Shown here in pieces: positions 1 through 5,884 of a stretch of DNA of 7,508 nt. Position 1 is the stretch's first letter; each line of letters begins with the position of its first letter. The notes below the pieces were generated by a model, which was not told the DNA's origin, made no database searches, and worked only from the letters and a program-made list of their open reading frames with translations. This DNA is from Okeania sp. (GTDB taxonomy: Bacteria; Cyanobacteriota; Cyanobacteriia; Cyanobacteriales; Microcoleaceae), in NCBI RefSeq assembly GCF_035285525.1, contig NZ_JAYKGW010000051.1, positions 1 to 7,508 of the forward strand. Reading direction: 5' to 3'. A program made the translations under genes and the position numbers.

Positions 1-716
1 CTTATGATTTCATCATTCCTTGCTCTCACCAAATGGCAGATTGGTGTCACTCTATGGGAGTTCCAGAAGATAAGTTAGTAGTTGTTCCCAATGCCTGTGG
101 TTATCCAGTTGAAGATGAACTTGTGGAACAAATTCTGACTCGACGTTGGCAATTTCAGGATAGGAAAAAACTAAAAATCTTATTTCTTGGTAGATTTGCT
201 CGGCAAAAAGGTTTAGATCGTCTTTTAGCTGTTGTCACAGAGTCTCGCCGGAGAAAACTACCCATTCAGTGGCGTTTAGTAGGTAAGAATGTGCTAAAAG
301 ATGAAAATTCAGCTAATGAATTACAAACTATTACCGATCTAATTGAACCTCCAGCTTTAACTTCGGAAGCCATCAATGAAGTTTATGAATGGGCAGACGT
401 ATTACTGCTTCCTTCTTACTGGGAAGGTTTGCCCCTAACAGTTTTAGAAGCCATGCGTTTGGGAGTGGTTGTTTGTGCTTCCAATGTAGGTGCAATGGAG
501 GAAGTTGTGGATGATGGAGAAACTGGTTTTTTAATTCCTAATTTGAAGGGAGATGGATATGTAGAAGCCGTAATGAAAGTTCTCACCAAGTTAATTAACG
601 AACCAGAGGAGGTGAGAAAAATTAGTCAAACTGCTGCTATGGCTGCTGCACAACGTAATTGGAGTCAAGCTTGTGCTGGATTGATTGAAAAGTTGAATTT
701 GGTATTAAAAGCTTGA
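1..716 (+). CDS. Glycosyltransferase, GT1/GT4-type (Glycos_transf_1 domain), C-terminal portion; the 5' end lies outside the window
   Basis: The frame is open from nt 3 up to the listed ATG at 33 (YDFIIPCSHQ, no stop), so the gene is truncated by the window edge. It carries the hallmark GT-B C-terminal signature EGLPLTVLEAMRLGVVVCASNVGAMEEVVDDGETGF (nt 423-530, E-x7-E motif). Upstream are KLVVVPNA and KILFLGRFARQKG patterns typical of this family. Stop TGA at 714-716. Confidence 0.9.
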   Translation, partial: YDFIIPCSHQMADWCHSMGVPEDKLVVVPNACGYPVEDELVEQILTRRWQFQDRKKLKILFLGRFARQKGLDRLLAVVTESRRRKLPIQWRLVGKNVLKDENSANELQTITDLIEPPALTSEAINEVYEWADVLLLPSYWEGLPLTVLEAMRLGVVVCASNVGAMEEVVDDGETGFLIPNLKGDGYVEAVMKVLTKLINEPEEVRKISQTAAMAAAQRNWSQACAGLIEKLNLVLKA

Positions 717-762
717 GATTGTATGTTACAGGACTTACGCAAAGCAACCAATAAACCGGGTT

Positions 763-879
763 TACAGCGCTTTTCAAATGAATGAACCACATCGCCATCA
801 CCAATTTCTCGGGAACCGTAATTTAGTAGGGACGTTGCATGCAACTTCCCTACTGTGGTTTACTGATTTCACCGCTGTA
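763..879. mobile_element. Nested small hairpin element (113-bp body at 765-877) flanked by a duplicated TA
   Basis: Copy 3 of the host repeat reads GGGTT-TA-TTGCC (TA at 6761-6762). Copy 1 reads GGGTT-TA-[CAGCG...CGCTG]-TA-TTGCC (TA at 763-764 and 878-879). The body has 5-bp terminal inverted repeats CAGCG (765-769) and CGCTG (873-877). The arms share further blocks (AACCAC, AGTAGGGA) around a central palindrome. Confidence 0.5.
825..854. repeat. 30-nt near-perfect palindrome (core hairpin of the nested element)
   Basis: AGTAGGGA-CG-TTGCATGCAA-CT-TCCCTACT. The 8-bp outer arms are 825-832 and 847-854. The inner TTGCATGCAA (835-844) is self-complementary. There is one mismatch, 833 with 846. 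Confidence 0.85.
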
Positions 880-1004
880 TTGCCGTGATATTGTTGCTCA
901 AACCAGGAAACTTGGTTGATAAACCCGGTTTCTGCGTAAGTCCTAATTATGTAAAATTCAGATAATTATTATATTCTAGTCATTGCGACTGAAAGGAAGT
1001 GAAA

Positions 1005-1036
1005 GGAAGCAATCTCCTAACCCTGAGATTTCTTCC
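1005..1036 (-). terminator. Candidate intrinsic terminator for the 700-aa minus-strand gene
   Basis: The inverted repeat is GGAAGCAATCTC (1005-1016) and GAGATTTCTTCC (1025-1036), 11 of 12 pairs with an 8-nt loop. Read on the minus strand, the hairpin is followed at once by TTTCACTTCCTTTC, a U-rich tract. It lies 73-104 nt downstream of the stop at 1109-1111. An adjacent 15-bp palindrome CCTATCG-T-CGATAGG sits at 1035-1049. No free-energy calculation was done. Confidence 0.4.
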
Positions 1037-1108
1037 TATCGTCGATAGGGACAACTACTCTGAAAAGCTTATCCGAAAAAGTTTTTCTCTTATTTGTTAC
1101 TCCTCTAG

Positions 1109-3211
1109 CTACATAGAATCAAAAATTCTTTCTTGTAATTGTCTTTGCACATTACTCAGCATTGCCTGATTATACTCCAATATTGGATACATTTGTTTAT
1201 ACAAACTTTCCATTTCTTCATAGGATAAAGACGCAAGCTTTAAAATTTCTTGACAAACCATTTGAAACCTTTTAACAGGATCGATAACTTCATCATAGGA
1301 TTCGTCTACAAAATCGGAAAAAGTTTGAAAACCTAAATTTCTAAGATCCTTTAAAGTACCTGGTTGTCCAAGAACAAGGAAAGGATTTAAAGAAACAATA
1401 GATTTAATAGTTTTTTCTGTAAATCTGCGATTCCTTTTACCATCATCAAAATTACTTTCAGTAACGATATAAAAAAAAGAACTGCTAAACAATTCATCAT
1501 TGATTTTGAATACAAATTCACCTCTTTGAGCGTTGAATTCTTTTGTTTTATCTAGGTCTATTCTTAAAGGCAAAATACTATAAACTTCTTTGTATAGAGA
1601 ATCAACGTCGATATTTTTTGTAGTTACAGGTGAAATTAGATCGCGGATAAAATTAAGGTTTGGCTGCTCCTCAGGCATTAAATTAAAAGAAAAGTAACTA
1701 TCATCAAGTAAGCCTTCAGAATAAAAAAACATCGTTATTGCAATCCTGTGGATCCGGGGCATATTATTCAGACATAAAAACTTCTTTTGCCTTACTGAGT
1801 TAGGATTCCCTTTAACTTGAGAACTAAAAGAATTAAAATTCCAAAAATGGCTGTTGAATGGAAGAATATTTATCTCAGGTTGAGAATAATAATCTTTCGA
1901 GTGAGTTTTGAGGTAGATGGGTAAACAATTATTTTGTGATAAACAAACAAAAGAGTTATGAGTACACTCCAAGACTTGAGTGACTCGAGACATCATATTA
2001 AAGAACTCAGTGTGTTCCGGTATAGCACCCTCTCTACTAGAATCTAGGATAATTTTTGCATTGTTCTTAGAGAGTAAGTTTTTGAGAAAGTACGGAATCA
2101 GAAATAAAATTCTGTCCGCATCTACGAGCTGATGTGTAGGGTAGTTAGCACTTATCCAAAAACATAACACAGTTTTTATTTCTTTCTTCCACAGATTTGT
2201 CGGTAGTTTAGTGCCTAAATATTGACAATATCTACCAAAAATTCCCGTTATAATATTAACATTAATAAATATTATATTTTTGTCTTCTAAGTAATTAAAC
2301 ATTGGAAATTCACTTACTAATTCCATGAGAGCAAAAAAATCTTGCTTGGTAATAAAATCTGCAATCCATAGATAAAAGACTACATCAATATATCTACTAA
2401 TTAAATCCTTATTTTTTATTGTGGGTATAATAGGTATGACTGAGGCAACCTCTTTAATTGCCAAATCATGTTCTGCTTTGTTTCTGGCAAATCGAAATAA
2501 AAGAAAAGCTCTCTCTAATTTTTCTGCATTCTTATCAGTCTTTAGCTGATGAGCAGCACAGCTAAAGATAGTTTTCATCATCCGATCAAAATCACTTTTA
2601 CTCTGATGCCACTCACTAAACTTAGATACCTGTTCTGCATATCTAAATACTTCTTTTATTACGTCTACGTGTAATAATAATTTAATTTTTGGTAAAGTTA
2701 TATTGATATTTTCTTCAATAACTTTGCTCGCAGCAAAGTTATTTTCTCTTGTAGAAAGCTTGTTGGACTCAGACTTTAATATTTTGAGAAAATTTTCTAC
2801 TTCAAATATATCTTTATTTTCACTTTCATTTTCTCTCTTTTCTTGGAACTTATTTGAATTATCATCCTGAAATTTTAGTTTTCCCAATTTGCATAAAGCA
2901 TCAGTAAAATTTTCATCAATCTCCACTGCTTTTTGATAACAAATTAAAGCATTATCTAACTCACCACATTTCTCTAGCTCTTGCCCCAGATCGTACTGAA
3001 ACCAGGCAGAAGAGCTATTTAGTTCAACTGCTTTACGATAAGCGGTAATCGCTTCATTCAAATTACCCTTTTTCGACAAAGTAGTGCCTAAACCATGATA
3101 GTACCAAGCAAAATTTGGCATTTGCGCAATTCCTTGACGATACAGCACTACCGCTTGTTCTAGTTTACCTTCAGCAACGAGCTTACGCCCTTGTGTTAAA
3201 AAATAATTCAT
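1109..3211 (-). CDS. TPR-repeat protein fused to a large uncharacterised domain with a GT-B / GT10-like (fucosyltransferase-like) C-terminal motif pair; function unproven
   Basis: This is a 700-codon uninterrupted ORF. Residues 3-104 form three canonical 34-aa TPRs (YFLTQGRKLVAEGKLEQAVVLYRQGIAQMPNFAW, YYHGLGTTLSKKGNLNEAITAYRKAVELNSSSAW, FQYDLGQELEKCGELDNALICYQKAVEIDENFTD), followed by a capping helix. Residues 114-160 are a charged, N/E/K-rich linker. Residues 476-489 read KKFLCLNNMPRIHR (nt 1745-1786). Residues 579-640 read FFYIVTESNFDDGKRNRRFTEKTIKSIVSLNPFLVLGQPGTLKDLRNLGFQTF (TESN...FTEK at nt 1412-1462). These parallel, by eye, the GT10 pattern (hydrophobic)-SN-x-x-x-R ... F-E-N-S-x(n)-Y-x-TEK-x(n)-P-(I/V)-x-x-G. 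Residues 160-475 show no motif I recognise. Confidence 0.85.
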   Translation of the reverse strand: MNYFLTQGRKLVAEGKLEQAVVLYRQGIAQMPNFAWYYHGLGTTLSKKGNLNEAITAYRKAVELNSSSAWFQYDLGQELEKCGELDNALICYQKAVEIDENFTDALCKLGKLKFQDDNSNKFQEKRENESENKDIFEVENFLKILKSESNKLSTRENNFAASKVIEENINITLPKIKLLLHVDVIKEVFRYAEQVSKFSEWHQSKSDFDRMMKTIFSCAAHQLKTDKNAEKLERAFLLFRFARNKAEHDLAIKEVASVIPIIPTIKNKDLISRYIDVVFYLWIADFITKQDFFALMELVSEFPMFNYLEDKNIIFINVNIITGIFGRYCQYLGTKLPTNLWKKEIKTVLCFWISANYPTHQLVDADRILFLIPYFLKNLLSKNNAKIILDSSREGAIPEHTEFFNMMSRVTQVLECTHNSFVCLSQNNCLPIYLKTHSKDYYSQPEINILPFNSHFWNFNSFSSQVKGNPNSVRQKKFLCLNNMPRIHRIAITMFFYSEGLLDDSYFSFNLMPEEQPNLNFIRDLISPVTTKNIDVDSLYKEVYSILPLRIDLDKTKEFNAQRGEFVFKINDELFSSSFFYIVTESNFDDGKRNRRFTEKTIKSIVSLNPFLVLGQPGTLKDLRNLGFQTFSDFVDESYDEVIDPVKRFQMVCQEILKLASLSYEEMESLYKQMYPILEYNQAMLSNVQRQLQERIFDSM

Positions 3212-3484
3212 AATCTCACTCAGTAGGAAATTTTAAGGTTATTAAAATCTTGTTATCTGGTTTTGTTTCTTAATTTCTTGAGTAACTCAACCAAACTTAC
3301 GGTTGCTAATTTTTTGAAACACCGATGTTACACTAATGTCTAGTAATAATTTATAAATGGACACCTAAGTGGCTATAGTGGCCTCTCAAGCTTTAAATAT
3401 TACTTTAGGAAAATGGTTTAATCCTCAATTTTCAAAGCTTTTACTCATAAATTATGATAATGCAGTTTTGAAGTCAAACCTAAG

Positions 3485-3512
3485 AAATTTTATCATCATT
3501 ATGATAAAATTT
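3485..3512. promoter_or_regulatory. Perfect 12-bp inverted repeat (candidate operator) in the divergent intergenic region
   Basis: AAATTTTATCAT (3485-3496), then catt, then ATGATAAAATTT (3501-3512), with perfectly complementary arms. The 10-mer ATTATGATAA occurs twice, at 3451-3460 and 3498-3507. The first copy overlaps a second small palindrome, TCATAA-A-TTATGA (3445-3457). The palindrome is directly visible, but the regulatory role is an inference and the region is very AT-rich. Confidence 0.3.
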
Positions 3513-3576
3513 ATCCTACTGAAATAATTTCCTGAAGTTATTGCACAGTCAAAGTTTTGTATGTCCATGAAATCTT

Positions 3577-3604
3577 ACTTTTGACTTTTGATCTTTGACT
3601 TCGG
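3577..3604. repeat. Heptanucleotide tandem repeat, 4 units (ACTTTTG ACTTTTG ATCTTTG ACTTCGG)
   Basis: There are two perfect and two degenerate 7-bp units, read directly. The array generates two TTGACT hexamers 14 bp apart, at 3581-3586 and 3595-3600. Confidence 0.7.
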
Positions 3605-3624
3605 TAAAATGCTATGATTACAAT
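3581..3624 (+). promoter_or_regulatory. Two overlapping candidate sigma70-type promoters for the methyltransferase gene
   Basis: The first is TTGACT (3581-3586), N18, TAAAAT (3605-3610). The second is TTGACT (3595-3600), N18, TACAAT (3619-3624). They lie 27-70 nt upstream of the ATG at 3651. GGAG at 3631-3634 is a distant and weak SD candidate. Hexamer matches like these are common in AT-rich DNA. Confidence 0.3.
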
Positions 3625-3650
3625 CTAATTGGAGTATTGAAGAAAGTATA

Positions 3651-4442
3651 ATGAGAAATCAAATTAACACTAATTGGCAAAGTGAAAAAAATGATGAAAT
3701 TAATTTCTGGCGAAACCATATTGCTACAGGAGGTGGTAAATATCAAGAGGATTATAAAGCTCGATTTAATCCAGATTTACCTCTTCAAAATCATATTGCT
3801 CGATATATCAAAAAATCTGTTAAACCAGGTTCAACTGTTAAGATATTAGATGCTGGTTCTGGCCCTTATACAATACTAGGTAAGTGTTTAGCTGACTACA
3901 AATTAGAAATTACAGCCGTAGATGCCTTAGCAAATGAATATAATCAAATTTTGTCAGAATTTAATGTTATTCCTTTAGTAAAAACAGAGCTTTGTGATGT
4001 TGAAGGATTAATTAATTACTTTCCAGACAATTACTTTGACTGTGCTCATATACGAAATGCACTAGATCATTCTTACGATCCTTTATTAGGAATTTTACAG
4101 ATGATTGATGTGGTTAAACCAGGAGGATATGTTTTAATTGATACTTACATTAATGAAGGAGATGAAGGAAATTACCATGGTTTACATAGTTGGAATTTTT
4201 GTCCAAAGAACGATAAGTTTATCATCTGGAACCAGCAAGGTAAGTCTCTAGTAGTAAATGATTATATTCAAGGTGTTGGATACATTGAAGAAATGAAAGT
4301 CAACCAGGGAGCTAAAGCAAAGAAGAGACCTATGTTTATAGCTATTAAAAAAACAGAAAAAACAATATTTGAAAGTGCATCTAATTTTACTTTAAGAGCT
4401 TTGGAAGTATCTGATTCAAGCAATTTTCAAAAGGATCAATAA
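3651..4442 (+). CDS. Class I SAM-dependent methyltransferase (small-molecule or sugar O-/N-methyltransferase type)
   Basis: Motif I is VKILDAGSGPYT (nt 3837-3863 cover V63-G71). An acidic residue ends beta-2 (LEITAVDA). The post-II/III region is FDCAHIRNALDHSYDP...VVKPGGYVLI. There is no (D/N/S)PP(Y/F) or PCQ motif, so it is not a DNA methyltransferase. Stop TAA at 4440-4442. Confidence 0.85.
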   Translation: MRNQINTNWQSEKNDEINFWRNHIATGGGKYQEDYKARFNPDLPLQNHIARYIKKSVKPGSTVKILDAGSGPYTILGKCLADYKLEITAVDALANEYNQILSEFNVIPLVKTELCDVEGLINYFPDNYFDCAHIRNALDHSYDPLLGILQMIDVVKPGGYVLIDTYINEGDEGNYHGLHSWNFCPKNDKFIIWNQQGKSLVVNDYIQGVGYIEEMKVNQGAKAKKRPMFIAIKKTEKTIFESASNFTLRALEVSDSSNFQKDQ

Positions 4443-4466
4443 ATTATCTTTGAAGGATATATAGTC

Positions 4467-4494
4467 TTGACTAATTTGGTTAGGTACATATATA
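4467..4494 (+). promoter_or_regulatory. Candidate sigma70-type promoter for the first sulfotransferase gene
   Basis: TTGACT (4467-4472), N16, TATATA (4489-4494), about 100 nt upstream of the ATG at 4593. The -35 hexamer is part of the palindrome TAGTC-TT-GACTA (4462-4473), which is related to the TAGTCAAGACT repeat ends. Confidence 0.3.
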
Positions 4495-4592
4495 GATAGA
4501 TTTAGGAAAGAGAGACTAGGAAATAGAGAAAAATACTTGATTATTTCTATATAAAAATTGATTGATTTTTTTGTTATTGGAGATGTGTAGCC

Positions 4593-5531
4593 ATGAATAA
4601 ATCAAGAGATAAATCTTCTTCTTACTTTCTTCCTATACCTATCCTATATATAATTCTGATTTGTCTACTCATAAGAGTTTTTCAGAAAGCCCTAAGTAAA
4701 AGTTTATTGCAGTTTTTTTTAAGGAAGTCAATATTGTATTTATTTCCGCCCATAAACAAATGTATGAAAGAAATCGAAAAATTTTATCAGTGTATGTCTC
4801 AGAAGGAGTGTAATTACCACATTCATATTTCTGAACAAAACTCCTATATATACTTTGAAGTACCCAAAGTTGCTTGTACTACAGTAAAATCAACCTTGCA
4901 AGAACTTGAAGCTCTGACATTAGGTCAGAATTTACCATCAAAGGAAAGTTCAATAGTTCACAATAAGAAGCTTTCTCTACTACGATCGCCTTCAGACATT
5001 GGAATTGATAATTTTTTGGCGATGCTAAATAACAACAATGTGTTTAAGTTTTGCTTCGTAAGAAATCCTTATACAAGATTGCTTTCTGTATATCTTAACA
5101 AGATGAGTTGGCGTGAAGGGCAATTTTACAAGAAAATTGCTGAAATACTAGATATGTCAGTAAGTGAAAGAATTACATTTAAACAGTTTGTTATGGCAAT
5201 AAAAAATCAATCTCCTTTGGCGATGGATCCCCACTGGCGTGTACAGACATATCAAACATTTTATGGTTTAGTGGATTACAATTTTATCGGTCGCTTTGAA
5301 AACCTTAATCAAGATTTGAAAGTGGTTTTGAATAGGATAGAAAATTTTTCCGATCAGAAAAATAAATGTGCTGAAGCGATAGAAAAATTAAGTTTTATTC
5401 GTGGAGGCAAAAAAACTAATGCTGATTCAAAACTTAGAGATTTTTATGGCACTCAGGAGATTAGAGATTTAGTATTTTCTATATACAAAGAAGATTTTCA
5501 TAACTTTGATTACTCTGAATATTTAATTTGA
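4593..5531 (+). CDS. Sulfotransferase, Sulfotransfer_2 family (carbohydrate sulfotransferase-like), with a predicted N-terminal transmembrane anchor
   Basis: The 5'-PSB-like loop is FEVPKVACTTVKS (PKVACTTVKS at nt 4863-4892). The 3'-PB-like motif is FKFCFVRNPYTRLLSVY (FVRNPYTRLLSVY at nt 5055-5093). Family-typical DPHWRVQ and FIGRFENLNQDL follow. The SD GGAGA (4579-4583) lies 9 nt before the ATG at 4593. Residues 11-30 (YFLPIPILYIILICLLIRVF, nt 4623-4682) are a hydrophobic helix. Alternative internal starts at 4764 and 4794 have no SD. Confidence 0.85.
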   Translation: MNKSRDKSSSYFLPIPILYIILICLLIRVFQKALSKSLLQFFLRKSILYLFPPINKCMKEIEKFYQCMSQKECNYHIHISEQNSYIYFEVPKVACTTVKSTLQELEALTLGQNLPSKESSIVHNKKLSLLRSPSDIGIDNFLAMLNNNNVFKFCFVRNPYTRLLSVYLNKMSWREGQFYKKIAEILDMSVSERITFKQFVMAIKNQSPLAMDPHWRVQTYQTFYGLVDYNFIGRFENLNQDLKVVLNRIENFSDQKNKCAEAIEKLSFIRGGKKTNADSKLRDFYGTQEIRDLVFSIYKEDFHNFDYSEYLI

Positions 5532-5723
5532 AAATAGTCAAGACTTACACTAACAAGACTTACACGGGAGGAACCCGGTTTCTACGGTAAATCATTGTTT
5601 TTGACAGTAAACATCTAGGAGAAACCGGGTTTCAGGAGCCGCCTGCGTAAGTCCTAATTTTAGTAGATTGGGAATAATGCTTAAATCATGCGCCATAATA
5701 TAGCGGTACTGCGCAAGTCTTGA
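5532..5723. mobile_element. Composite nested repeat region (outer and inner inverted repeats of the AAGACTTAC / GTAAGTCCT family), copy 2
   Basis: The outer pair is TCAAGACTTACAC (5538-5550) and TGCGCAAGTCTTGA (5710-5723). CAAGACTTACAC is duplicated at 5539-5550 and 5554-5565. The first 16 bp, AAATAGTCAAGACTTA (5532-5547), are identical to 6720-6735. The region starts at the base right after the TGA stop at 5529-5531. Confidence 0.6.
5555..5655. repeat. About 100-nt long-hairpin MITE-like unit (inner element of copy 2)
   Basis: Stem 1 pairs 5555-5565 with 5645-5655 (9 of 11 pairs). Stem 2 pairs GGAACCCGGTTTCT (5570-5583) with AGAAACCGGGTTTC (5620-5633), giving 13 Watson-Crick pairs plus 1 G-U, around a 36-nt loop. 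The right end CTGCGTAAGTCCTAATT (5643-5659) is identical over 17 bp to 932-948. Confidence 0.65.
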
Positions 5724-5884
5724 TATACCAATCCTATGTGAGTTGTAATATTTGTGTGGCAAAAAAAAGTCACAATTCATGAGTGAGGAGCTATATTTTG
5801 TTAAAGGTTTTCAGCTTAAATTAACTATTATGAAATTTGTCACAACCAATGTAGGATTGCTATAGCTTATAAAAAGGAAGAGAT

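Larger units (their letters stand above)
730..944. mobile_element. MITE-like palindromic dispersed repeat, copy 1 (about 215 bp, carries a nested insert)
   Basis: There is a perfect 12-bp terminal inverted repeat: AGGACTTACGCA (730-741) and TGCGTAAGTCCT (933-944). A second perfect 11-bp inner pair is AAACCGGGTTT (753-763) and AAACCCGGTTT (921-931). The left arm (730-763) is about 85% identical to 6728-6761. The right arm (879-933) matches 6762-6817 at roughly 46 of 55 positions by hand alignment. It has no coding capacity and starts 14 nt after the GT stop codon. Confidence 0.65.

Noticed and set aside
1075-1087. GAAAAA-G-TTTTTC palindrome just downstream of the 700-aa gene as its terminator
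   Set aside because: The stem is all A/T with a one-base loop, too weak and too small to form a stable RNA hairpin. The 12-bp stem at 1005-1036 is the better candidate.
3212-3650. NtcA-type site (GTA-N8-TAC) or a small RNA or riboswitch in the long divergent spacer
   Set aside because: The GTA...TAC pairs present have spacings of 13-14 nt, not 8. I recognise no conserved riboswitch-like structure or GC-rich stem. This cannot be assessed further without covariance models.
3651-4442. Methyltransferase as part of a restriction-modification or other defence system, possibly with the TPR protein
   Set aside because: The protein lacks the DNA methyltransferase catalytic motifs ((D/N/S)PP(Y/F), PCQ/ENV). 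No nuclease, helicase, ATPase or specificity subunit is present. The context (GT plus sulfotransferases) points to small-molecule or sugar methylation.
4764-4796. Internal ATGs (4764, 4794) as the true start of the Sulfotransfer_2 gene
   Set aside because: Neither has an upstream purine-rich SD, whereas 4593 has GGAGA at optimal spacing. I kept 4593 as the start but flagged the uncertainty in a finding.
4983-4989. HIP1 (GCGATCGC) cyanobacterial highly iterated palindrome
   Set aside because: I saw only partial cores: CGATCGC at 4983-4989 and CGATCG at 6894-6899. I found no complete 8-mer by eye, so HIP1 neither supports nor refutes the taxonomic guess.
5592-5780. 62-aa minus-strand ORF (MNCDFFLPHKYY...)
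   Set aside because: It lies entirely in the repeat-filled spacer. About a third of it is translated repeat sequence (5592-5655). It has no SD or recognisable motif and its composition is unremarkable. It is most likely a spurious ORF.
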